Below, one piece after another: positions 55,569 to 64,000 of a DNA stretch of 64,000 nt. The stretch covers positions 1 to 64,000 of the IMG/VR virus record IMGVR_UViG_3300028920_000062; one strand, 5' to 3'. This DNA is from a virus. Under the pieces are notes generated by a model. The model was given only the letters and a program-made list of their open reading frames with translations. It had not been told where the DNA came from and ran no database searches. Both the position numbers and the translations under genes were made by a program. The stretch's first letter is position 1. Each line of letters opens with the position of its first letter.

Positions 55569-56792
55569 ATGCCTATTTTTGCCGAAAAAGAGAGTAAGAT
55601 TTTCGGTGATATTCTCTATGATATCGTAAACGAAACCAATATTACTCGCAGCTCTCCGGGTAGCAAAACAAGAGCTATGGCTCAAGCAATAAGTAAAAAG
55701 CTAGGGAGGCTGTGGGCTCAGTTTGACAATAATATTGTCTTAAGTTTTCTGGATGGAGCCGAAGGGAAATACCTTGATTATATCGGCGCAATGATGGGCG
55801 TCGCGCGCCTAGGAGAGCAAAGGGCTACGACTACATCTCAACAACGAGTAGTAAAGTTCTATGTAGATGTGGGCACTTTTGGAAACATTAATTCAAATAA
55901 CTCTATTCTACTTCCATCAGGTACAGTCCTTAGCACTGGACCAAATCAGAGCGGTATTAATTATCGGCTTCCTTATTCAGTAATTCTTCCTTCTGGGAGT
56001 ACCGAGGCATATGTGGCAGTAGAGGCTATTAGGGCAGGAACTACCTATAACTTAGGTGCGGGCCAGCTAAGGTATCATAATTTTACTGGTTATACGAATC
56101 AACTTAATGACTCTTTGAAGGTCACTAATGAATCTGAGATTACCAGCGGTAAGGAGATAGAAAATGATACCAATTATCGCTTTAGAATCTCTAGTCAAGT
56201 AGTAGCATCTGAAAGCGCTAATCTCACTGCTGTTCGCTTGGCTGCCTTAGTTGTTCCAGGTGTAGCTGACATTATCCTTATTCCGTTTAATAGAGGTATA
56301 GGCACCATTGATATTATTGTGCAGTCTACTCTTCCTCGTACGTCTGACACCTTGTTAGCCGCAGTAGCTGAGTCTGTATTCCGACAAACGGCACAAGGGG
56401 TTGTTCCCAACGTTATGGCTCCAGTTGATATTGGAATGTCGATGCGAGGCACTATAACTCTTCGAGAACGCATATCTAATAACGAACAAGCTTCCCTACT
56501 TAGAACTGTTGTTAATAATATTTCGGACTATATTAATAATTTAGACATAGGAGAAGAGTTCATAGTGAATGAGGCCGTAGAGCGTGTTATGGGAACCTCA
56601 GACATGATTAAGAATATCGGGTCTGCGACTAAACCTTTCGACAGGGTTTATATTCATCGACCAACGTTGCTCGAGGACAACAAGGTACGCGAAACGCTTC
56701 TTGGAGATTTTGACCCCGAGAATGACGAGAAACTGATTGTCGAAGATAGATATGCTGGAGCTAATCCAATTTCTTTTAGTGTGGCAACATAA
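55569..56792 (+). CDS. Baseplate J-like wedge protein
   Basis: AEGKYLDYIGAMMGVAR, VEAIRAGTTYN, GKEIENDTNYRFRI, VPGVAD..GIGTIDI. Confidence 0.9.
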   Translation: MPIFAEKESKIFGDILYDIVNETNITRSSPGSKTRAMAQAISKKLGRLWAQFDNNIVLSFLDGAEGKYLDYIGAMMGVARLGEQRATTTSQQRVVKFYVDVGTFGNINSNNSILLPSGTVLSTGPNQSGINYRLPYSVILPSGSTEAYVAVEAIRAGTTYNLGAGQLRYHNFTGYTNQLNDSLKVTNESEITSGKEIENDTNYRFRISSQVVASESANLTAVRLAALVVPGVADIILIPFNRGIGTIDIIVQSTLPRTSDTLLAAVAESVFRQTAQGVVPNVMAPVDIGMSMRGTITLRERISNNEQASLLRTVVNNISDYINNLDIGEEFIVNEAVERVMGTSDMIKNIGSATKPFDRVYIHRPTLLEDNKVRETLLGDFDPENDEKLIVEDRYAGANPISFSVAT

Positions 56793-58393
56793 TGAAGAAG
56801 AGTGTAATTGCTCAAGAATTAGTCAATATATATCCACCTAATGCCAGGGTCCGAACTGATGATCAGTCAGTAGGCTATCAGTTTATGAATGCGTTTGCTA
56901 AGCCTATGGAAGACTTGGAAAAGCAGTTAAAAAAGGGGTTAGCTAATGCTCATCTTTTTTCTGCAAACCTAGATGAGATTGACTTAACTCACCGTGTAAT
57001 ACTTCCAGAGACATTTGATTTCGATGAAGATAATTCAGATATTGCTGGATCGACATATATCTCTCCAGCTGTGAGCGGCTATGTGGATAGCGAGTGGTAT
57101 TCTATTTCATTAGCCGAGAACAATGACGTAGAAAGTTTTTGGTATACATCTGTTCCAAACAGAGCAACTTTAGCGGAGACAGCATCTGGTGTTAACCACG
57201 AACTTCTTTCTTTTACTACTGATGGATCTATAGCGTCTGGACTATGGGAGCATCATCTGGGTGCTGGCGCTATCTATGTGACCGCAGAGGGTGATGCGAA
57301 GTACCTTGAGACAGTAGAAGATGAATTAAGAAGAGCCAAGGTCGCGCTTTGGGGTATTAACCGACAGGGGCAAGAAGACACAGAGACCATTATTTTTCCA
57401 TGGCCTATGAGACAAAGAAGCATTAAGGAATGGAAAGAACTAACCAAAGTAGAAACCTTTGATATAGAGGATGGTGTTCAGATTACGGTCAAGTCTGGTG
57501 ACTTTGGTGAAGATGATTATCAAGATTTCTGGGGGCTTAGGTATTCTAAAAACCGAAATAAGGTGGATGATTTTTGGGGACTGGGTTCTCTAGGAGACGC
57601 TTCTACTCTGGAAAGGATAGGGCATGTCTCTGACGAATGGCAACAATATGTTCTAGGATTCACCGAGAAGGAAGCCAAAGAAGCGTGGGAGCTTCTTGAT
57701 GAATCGGACTTGCCTGTCAGTGGTGTTGACTTAGCATTGCAACCCTTCTCTGACAATGCCTGGGTGGCTACAGCCTCTGGTCTCATTCATTGCTATAGTG
57801 CAGATAGTGAGATGGCAAGCGACCTAGATCTAATTAAAAGCAGAACTCCTGGCTCTCATGTTCAAATTGACATAGAGCCTAAGTGGCTATTGTTAGGAGA
57901 AGATATCGATTTTGTTCCCTGGCATGCTCGCCCGGTTCAAGAGATCGTTAAATACCGTATATGGTATCAGACTCCTAGTGGAACTCGCTACGGCTTACTA
58001 GACGGGTCTCCCGTAGCCTTTGATTCTAATTTCTGGGTAGTGGGAAGGCAGCTTAAAAGGACTATTGCCGATCTTCAGACCATTACAGCCAGTGAGCGAG
58101 GAGAGTATTTGTTGGCCCTTGAGGCTGTGTTTGATGATGAATCTGAGCACATAGAAAAGGTTTTGGTTACTGTAAACTATAAGAATCCTAAAGGAACTAT
58201 AGATATTAGCTCATTTGTAACGGATCCAATTATCGGAATCGATTTTGATTCAGACCAGGCAATGTGGGTACAAACAGCAGATAAGTACTACAAAATTGCG
58301 CTTCACACAGATATAATGCTCATAGATTATACGAACAAAATCCTATACTTTAAGGAACCTTATGACGAGGTAGCGGTGGAAACCAGTGGCTAG
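56792..58393 (+). CDS. Baseplate structural protein
   Basis: 533-aa acidic beta-rich ORF, TAATG-coupled to the baseplate J-like gene. Confidence 0.6.
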   Translation: MKKSVIAQELVNIYPPNARVRTDDQSVGYQFMNAFAKPMEDLEKQLKKGLANAHLFSANLDEIDLTHRVILPETFDFDEDNSDIAGSTYISPAVSGYVDSEWYSISLAENNDVESFWYTSVPNRATLAETASGVNHELLSFTTDGSIASGLWEHHLGAGAIYVTAEGDAKYLETVEDELRRAKVALWGINRQGQEDTETIIFPWPMRQRSIKEWKELTKVETFDIEDGVQITVKSGDFGEDDYQDFWGLRYSKNRNKVDDFWGLGSLGDASTLERIGHVSDEWQQYVLGFTEKEAKEAWELLDESDLPVSGVDLALQPFSDNAWVATASGLIHCYSADSEMASDLDLIKSRTPGSHVQIDIEPKWLLLGEDIDFVPWHARPVQEIVKYRIWYQTPSGTRYGLLDGSPVAFDSNFWVVGRQLKRTIADLQTITASERGEYLLALEAVFDDESEHIEKVLVTVNYKNPKGTIDISSFVTDPIIGIDFDSDQAMWVQTADKYYKIALHTDIMLIDYTNKILYFKEPYDEVAVETSG

Positions 58394-59252
58394 GCAAACC
58401 TTTACTCCTGAACCACATGCTGTTTTTAATGAGTTTGATTCACAAGGATTGCTTCTCGGTCTTCCTAGGCTTAGGCTAGAGAGAAATGCCGATTATAAGT
58501 GGCGTCTTTTAGACGTATTTATTCATCGTGCTAGTTCTACTTACCAGGGCCTTATCTTTGGAATAACTCGAGAGTTAGGGCTGAATGTTATAGAGGCAGT
58601 TCGAATTGTTCCAGATCCATCTCTGGCTATGCCAGCAATAATCTTTGAAGATACACTATGTACTCTTTATAGTGACTATGAAAATAGAACAGTGGTTGAT
58701 GAATTTGATCGGTTTGATGTTGCCAGTGGTTGCTATACACTTTCTGAGCTAGTCGCCAATATTAATGCGACAGGGTCTTTTACAGCCACCCTGCTAGATG
58801 ATGCACGCGGAGAAGACAGGTCAATGACCATCTTTAATCAGACATCCATAGAGACCGTTACCGAAGAAGAACTTTCTGGAAAGGGTGCTCGAGTTAAGCT
58901 AGAGCAAGAGAACCTCATTCCTGGGACGATAGGCATCACTAGCAGTAACTTAACTGAGCGGGTTTATTCAGAACTTGAGCTCAATTCTCCTGGTAGATAC
59001 TACATTGACCTTGAGGCAGGATTAATCCTTACCACTACTGCTCCTGAACCTGGAGCAATTATTAGGTATCAGTGGCGCAATGACGACTTTGTAGTCGAGG
59101 CCAGCCCAGTTATTATCCACAATCTGCAGTCAGATAATTTCAAATCTAAGATGTTTGAACAAATAGATGGCAGCTATGGTAGGCCTACAAACCTAGGGGC
59201 TGATATTATCAATGAACTTTTGACGGTATTCCCGTCTAGCTGGGGGACATAA
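58386..59252 (+). CDS. Baseplate wedge protein (gpI/gp7-like)
   Basis: GTG start; FDSQGLLLGLPRLRLERNADYKWRL..STYQGLIFGITRELG. Confidence 0.6.
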   Translation: MARQTFTPEPHAVFNEFDSQGLLLGLPRLRLERNADYKWRLLDVFIHRASSTYQGLIFGITRELGLNVIEAVRIVPDPSLAMPAIIFEDTLCTLYSDYENRTVVDEFDRFDVASGCYTLSELVANINATGSFTATLLDDARGEDRSMTIFNQTSIETVTEEELSGKGARVKLEQENLIPGTIGITSSNLTERVYSELELNSPGRYYIDLEAGLILTTTAPEPGAIIRYQWRNDDFVVEASPVIIHNLQSDNFKSKMFEQIDGSYGRPTNLGADIINELLTVFPSSWGT

Positions 59253-61600
59253 TGGCTAATTATTCCATCGAAGTAGATGTTCTTCAGCATGTATTTACTA
59301 CGATTCAGGCAAGAGAGGTTGGTCATGAGTCTATTTATGTGGACACACCTCATCCTGCCACAAACAGTACTATCGGCGGCTGGGAATGGGATCGTTCCTT
59401 TTGGCCCTCAGAAGTACAATTTGACGCCCTCGAGCATGTTCCGGCTTTGTATGACGCTAGTACTTCAGGCCTAGATATTAGCTACTGGCAGGGTGGCATT
59501 GGCGATGGGGACGATTTGCTTCTTTTGGATATACAAGAGACAGTCTATTCTGGCGTTGATATCTGGACTCCAAAGATCTTTCATGGTTATTTCTATCCCG
59601 GTTATGAAGAGTGGTATCTTTATGGCGACGATTATCAAACTGAGTACTTCACTGCTAGCGGTATAGCCGCTGGCCGTCAGTATCTTGATATGGATCATAT
59701 TCCCAAGGGTGGGGTACCTCTTCAGGTTCGTAGATGGGAGTATAATTCTCTAACTGGTCAATACACAATTGCTCTAGACTTAGAGAAGGTGATTGAGTTT
59801 GAAGCTTCTGGAATGAACAACCTATTTATGGTTGATACAGACCAGATTCCCCCAAGAGTATGGCTAGATGATGACTACTCCGAAACAGTTGGACAGGCCC
59901 AATCTCCTGTTAGCGGTGTGGTTCCAGTCGGTGACCTCTCTACCATGGAAAGTCTCGGTATTTCAACCGGACAAACATATCAGGAATTCTTTAGTCGGTT
60001 TTCTCCAATTGATAGGAGCCAGCCCATAGAGCTATGGTCTCATATTGGAGGGACAGAGATGCGATTATGGGAAGTTATTCATCCGACTGATGAGTTTGTA
60101 GCAAGTGGTTACCAGGTAAAGGTTGATTACGATAGAGGAGCATTCAGTTTTGGAACAGTTGTCCCGGCACTAGGTCGAGCTCTAGTGCTTTACTACACTA
60201 AGGGTTTAGCCCTGACTTATGAGCCACAGTGGGGAAGAGACTACCTGCTTGCTCCTACCGCTGATATTAATCCTATTACTGCGGCCACTTATAGAGGTTT
60301 TGTACAGGCTGGCACTGTCCCCTCTGAGCCAGCTAGCATAAGCCTAGAGGCTGAGCTTCCAGGAACCTCTAATCCCTCCTATCTTATCGACCTTGGCAAC
60401 AACTTTGGTAGGATTATTGCGACGGTGCGAGATCCTTCGGGAAATTTGCTTGAAGGACAAGAGGTAGATTTCGAAATCAAGAGTCCGCAGATTGGTTACT
60501 TTGGAGGGACTAACCTTACTATTTCTGCCGTAACAAATGCTGAGGGGCAAGCTAAAGTTTTTTATAGCTCTCCTCGCACTATCCAAGATGTGGGTCAAGC
60601 TACTACAGAGGTGTCTCATGTAGGCAGTGATACGGTCATGTACGTGGACGGGGTCACAGATCCTGGAACACTCACAGGTCTGTTCTTCTATAAGGTCCAT
60701 GAGTACGACGAGGTTCTGGGAATAGCAGAAGCAGACATTTCTTCTTACTATACTGATTTCTTTACAGAAGAGCAGATTACTGGAGATACAGCTACAGAGG
60801 ATTGGGAAGGCACCCACCGAGCGATTAACAATATGCTTACTCCTGTTTCTTATACACCGGATGAGTTAATTGTAGGTAAAAAGACTATCCTCATGACTAG
60901 CAATAGAAGTACTGTGGTAGACCCACATACTGGCGATGTTAGAGCATCTTCTCCTTATCCAATAGGCCCATTGCAGCCAGATATTATTGAGGACGCAAGT
61001 ACTGGAGACACTCCAAGGCTAAAGATAACTTTCCAGAATATAGCATTACCATTAATTGGTACAAACGACACAAAGGCATACTTTGTTGTAGGAACCTCGA
61101 GAACTAGCCTTCAGGCCTCTACCACAAGTAGACGTACTAGAAAAACTATATATAGCAATGAGATTGGAATGTTGGTACAAATCCCCGATACGCTCAATGG
61201 GACCTATCAGGCAGATGAGCTCGGAGATGCCCCCTCGGGTCTCATGACTAGAGTAGCTGACGTAAGCTTACTTTCTGATGCTCAGGTTCTAACCACTTCT
61301 GGGCTTGATACATTCTATGAAGACTATCTGGAAGAAAGAGAATGGGCAGGACCAACGTCCGGATACGAGACTTACCCTGATTGGTTCAGAAGAACCAGAA
61401 GAGGAGATACAGTGGGGCTTGCACAAACAGGCTTCTCGATGGAAACTATACTATTGGATCCTGCACTAGACACTGTAGCTGGCGAGATCCCGCTAGGATT
61501 TAGGCTCAAATCCTCGGGCATTAGGTTGGCATCTGTGCTAGATCAGGTAACATACATTGACCCGAACGACCACCTGCCGAGTGGATATTTTCCGGTTTAA
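59252..61600 (+). CDS. Baseplate/tail structural protein with Big_1 (invasin-type) Ig-like domain
   Basis: 782 aa; IIATVRDPSGNLLEGQEVDF..AVTNAEGQAKVFYSS. Confidence 0.65.
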   Translation: MANYSIEVDVLQHVFTTIQAREVGHESIYVDTPHPATNSTIGGWEWDRSFWPSEVQFDALEHVPALYDASTSGLDISYWQGGIGDGDDLLLLDIQETVYSGVDIWTPKIFHGYFYPGYEEWYLYGDDYQTEYFTASGIAAGRQYLDMDHIPKGGVPLQVRRWEYNSLTGQYTIALDLEKVIEFEASGMNNLFMVDTDQIPPRVWLDDDYSETVGQAQSPVSGVVPVGDLSTMESLGISTGQTYQEFFSRFSPIDRSQPIELWSHIGGTEMRLWEVIHPTDEFVASGYQVKVDYDRGAFSFGTVVPALGRALVLYYTKGLALTYEPQWGRDYLLAPTADINPITAATYRGFVQAGTVPSEPASISLEAELPGTSNPSYLIDLGNNFGRIIATVRDPSGNLLEGQEVDFEIKSPQIGYFGGTNLTISAVTNAEGQAKVFYSSPRTIQDVGQATTEVSHVGSDTVMYVDGVTDPGTLTGLFFYKVHEYDEVLGIAEADISSYYTDFFTEEQITGDTATEDWEGTHRAINNMLTPVSYTPDELIVGKKTILMTSNRSTVVDPHTGDVRASSPYPIGPLQPDIIEDASTGDTPRLKITFQNIALPLIGTNDTKAYFVVGTSRTSLQASTTSRRTRKTIYSNEIGMLVQIPDTLNGTYQADELGDAPSGLMTRVADVSLLSDAQVLTTSGLDTFYEDYLEEREWAGPTSGYETYPDWFRRTRRGDTVGLAQTGFSMETILLDPALDTVAGEIPLGFRLKSSGIRLASVLDQVTYIDPNDHLPSGYFPV

Positions 61601-61612
61601 TTTGGAGGAGTT

Positions 61613-64000
61613 ATGGCTGACAAGTTCCGGCGCGTTATTCCCTTGAAGATTACTATGGCTGATGGGGAGCAACCAACTGCGCAAAAGATTACTGCTATTG
61701 GAGAGCAGGTAAGAGTTGGAATGAGTATTGTCGAGAGAGCTCTCGGTGATCTCTGGAATCAATCAGGAGATTCAGTACTTCTGAACACTCCGCTTCAGAT
61801 TCCAAACCTGGCCCGCATCATCGGCCAGAACAAGGAGCTGAATCCCGCTCTGTTCCCTCCAGCTGAAGAGTTTCTCTATACCGAGTACCTCGGCAGCAAG
61901 TTTGAAGGACTAACCGAAGGCCATCTCCTATTTCCTCCAAAGGACAGTGGCTGGTATTATGTAGCTAGTTCGGCTGGTGTATTCTCTAGTGATGCTCAGC
62001 AGAAAACGACTGAGTCCGACGTTCAGTCAGCTGGAGATTGGTGGGTTGATACTACCACAGGTCGTTTCCGTGTATTCACGCCTCTGACCACATCTGACAT
62101 CCTGGCATACTATGTAGAGCCAGATGCTGATTGGCAGAGAACCAACGAGGTTCTACCAGGTATCATTCCCGACCCACGTCAGGCAGACTTTGAGTACCTG
62201 CGTGTGTCTGAGCCTGTGGCTGGCACATATTATATCCACTTACCGCCACGTCGTCCCCTCTCGCTAACTAGCAGAGAAGCTCCCTATCGCTATCCACCAA
62301 CAGGTGGTTCAGAGCAGACAGCTAATGAAGGGACTGGGACTTCAGCGCCATGGAAGTTCTGGCATGATAGCGGAGCGGCTTCAGCGGCTGAGCACTATCG
62401 CTATCAGTTCCCAAGGGAAATCCAGGATCAGTGGGGAAGCTACTCGAGTGGTGACCAGCTGCCTCTCGGATTCTTGTGGCTGTATGACACAGACACAGAA
62501 ACTGTTATCGAGGATGCGCTATTCTATTATCCTGCCACCGGTGGTGGTACTGCAGACCCATGGGTCCTGGAGGTTCGTTCAGACACGTTTGACTTTAGTG
62601 CTTTAGTCTCGGCCGATGAGACAGAGACCAGTTATGACAGTAAGTTGGTGCTGATGACTGCTGGAGCTCCTATCTCCAGGATCATTGCTAACCTAGTTGT
62701 GGCGAACGAGCTCCACAAACATGACGGCAGCTCTGTTTTGGATGCTCCTATTAGCCATGAGGACCTGATGGATATGGATCCTCCTACGGCTGCATATACC
62801 GAAGAGAGCCATGATTCGCAGTATCCTAGCTATCTTCCTCCGTGGGGCGGAAGCATGTGGGCTAAGGACAATCATATGTCTCTGCTTAGCCGTGCAGGCT
62901 CTCACGCGTCTACTCCGCGTGACCAGTACGACAATGCAATGCTGGGCGATCTAGTTCTGGCCAATGCAGATGAGACTGTCTCTGGCTTTGACTTCATCAA
63001 TTCAGCACTTCCTGACAACTCATTCAAGTTAGCTTTTGGCTCTAATGCTGGTTCTTATATCAGGGGTACTCCTGGTGGCCAGATTCAGCTTTACTCTATT
63101 GAAAACGATGTGCTCAAGCTAACTAATGATGAGACTGTAGAAGAGTGGGATTTCACTCTCCAGTCCACTTCTGATCCAGATGGCGCTCTGACGATTCATA
63201 GGTCTGCCAATAGTAAGAAATTTGCTCTTGGACAAGATGGAACTGTTTGGCTTGGAGAAGGTGCTCTTGGCGGTGAGGCTGCCGGCTTCTCTCCAACAGA
63301 TTCTGCTTTAATTATCAAGACAAGTGACAGACCGGCCATTACCACTTGGGACACCGGGTCTTCTACAATAGGAGCTAGTTGGGCAACTTATTTTAGTGGA
63401 GATACCTATCTATCTTGTGCCAATGATTTTGACGACAACAATCGAACCGGTAACTTCTGGATGAACATTGGTGGTCATTCGGGGGTAAGACTGCGCTATG
63501 GAAGTATTGGTAGTAGTCCACAGAATAAGGGAACTGTGGGTCTTGAGCTAGATTCTACTGGTCTAGTTTCAACAGCGGGAGACCTTGAGGTTGCTAGTGG
63601 ACTAAATGTTGTAGGACAGTCTGTACTTGGTGACGACGTAGGAGATATCTCTACTGCTATTGGTGATAGTGATGTTCGTCTTGAAGTGCGTGGTGATGTA
63701 AATGATGTCATCTCTTCTCGTGTACACAATGTTAATACAGGAGGCCTTGCCAGCGCGGCTCTTCAGCTGATGGTAGATGACGCTAGTCTTGCTGAGGTCT
63801 GGGCTGGTTCAAGTGCTTTTGAGGGTCTGGAAATTCGCTCAAATGTGCAGGGTGATCCCGTAACCCTTTGGACCGAAGAATCGGGTGGAGGAGACAAGAA
63901 GAGTCTACACCTCGCTTCAAATGGTGATGTTGGCTTCAACCTAGCTGCTACAACAACTCCATCATATAAGTTCCACGTGGTTCAGGAAGAAGATGGGACT
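61613..64000 (+). CDS. Tail fibre protein (partial, runs off the window; absent from the ORF track)
   Basis: GGAGGAG SD then ATG 61613: MADKFRRVIPLKITMADGEQPTAQK... The frame was open at every point I translated, e.g. LHKHDG..ISHEDL near 62710 and NGDVGFNLAATTTPSYKFHV (fibre-type G.VG...P..K.HV repeat) at the edge. Confidence 0.75.
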   Translation, partial: MADKFRRVIPLKITMADGEQPTAQKITAIGEQVRVGMSIVERALGDLWNQSGDSVLLNTPLQIPNLARIIGQNKELNPALFPPAEEFLYTEYLGSKFEGLTEGHLLFPPKDSGWYYVASSAGVFSSDAQQKTTESDVQSAGDWWVDTTTGRFRVFTPLTTSDILAYYVEPDADWQRTNEVLPGIIPDPRQADFEYLRVSEPVAGTYYIHLPPRRPLSLTSREAPYRYPPTGGSEQTANEGTGTSAPWKFWHDSGAASAAEHYRYQFPREIQDQWGSYSSGDQLPLGFLWLYDTDTETVIEDALFYYPATGGGTADPWVLEVRSDTFDFSALVSADETETSYDSKLVLMTAGAPISRIIANLVVANELHKHDGSSVLDAPISHEDLMDMDPPTAAYTEESHDSQYPSYLPPWGGSMWAKDNHMSLLSRAGSHASTPRDQYDNAMLGDLVLANADETVSGFDFINSALPDNSFKLAFGSNAGSYIRGTPGGQIQLYSIENDVLKLTNDETVEEWDFTLQSTSDPDGALTIHRSANSKKFALGQDGTVWLGEGALGGEAAGFSPTDSALIIKTSDRPAITTWDTGSSTIGASWATYFSGDTYLSCANDFDDNNRTGNFWMNIGGHSGVRLRYGSIGSSPQNKGTVGLELDSTGLVSTAGDLEVASGLNVVGQSVLGDDVGDISTAIGDSDVRLEVRGDVNDVISSRVHNVNTGGLASAALQLMVDDASLAEVWAGSSAFEGLEIRSNVQGDPVTLWTEESGGGDKKSLHLASNGDVGFNLAATTTPSYKFHVVQEEDGT

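Noticed and set aside
33367-61600. Extracellular contractile injection system / tailocin interpretation
   Set aside because: Terminase, portal, prohead protease and major capsid genes are in the same operon, so this is a DNA-packaging phage.
639-63729. Numerous short minus-strand and alternate-frame ORFs in the track (60-203 aa)
   Set aside because: They lie within or across long plus-strand genes of a tightly coupled operon and show no recognisable motifs, so they are treated as shadow ORFs.
1-64000. Stop-codon reassignment, tRNA or rRNA genes
   Set aside because: The standard code gives near-complete coding density with TAA and TAG both used as stops. Intergenic gaps are mostly too short for RNA genes, and none shows a tRNA-like structure.

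Overview
The whole window is a densely packed, all plus-strand virion morphogenesis operon of a large contractile-tailed (myovirus-type) dsDNA phage. It uses the standard genetic code, strong AGGAG Shine-Dalgarno sites and many TAATG stop/start overlaps. Gene order: a 2418-aa multi-enzyme 'polyvalent' protein, three Gly-zipper proteins, large terminase, portal (fused to a MuF-like domain), prohead protease/scaffold, decoration protein, major capsid protein, a cluster of head/collar fibre genes, neck proteins, tail sheath, three tail-tube paralogues, tail chaperones, two giant proteins at the tape-measure position, an M23-peptidase baseplate hub, baseplate genes, and a tail fibre running off the right edge. 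Two observations stand out. (1) The 2418-aa protein is a string of candidate effector modules (ADP-ribosyltransferase-like, zincin plus thermonuclease, membrane module, GNAT, kinase) separated by six copies of a 25-33 aa 'G..H.G.A...R...TDFGSG' linker, suggesting a modular, possibly processed, virion-delivered effector polyprotein. (2) The 1532-aa protein next to the tape-measure position carries, in the correct order, degenerate motifs of both barrels of a two-barrel RNA polymerase (K..K; RxP; AADKDAD for NADFDGD), suggesting a virion-packaged single-chain RNAP or a derivative. All calls come from motif reading by eye and synteny; no database searches were run.
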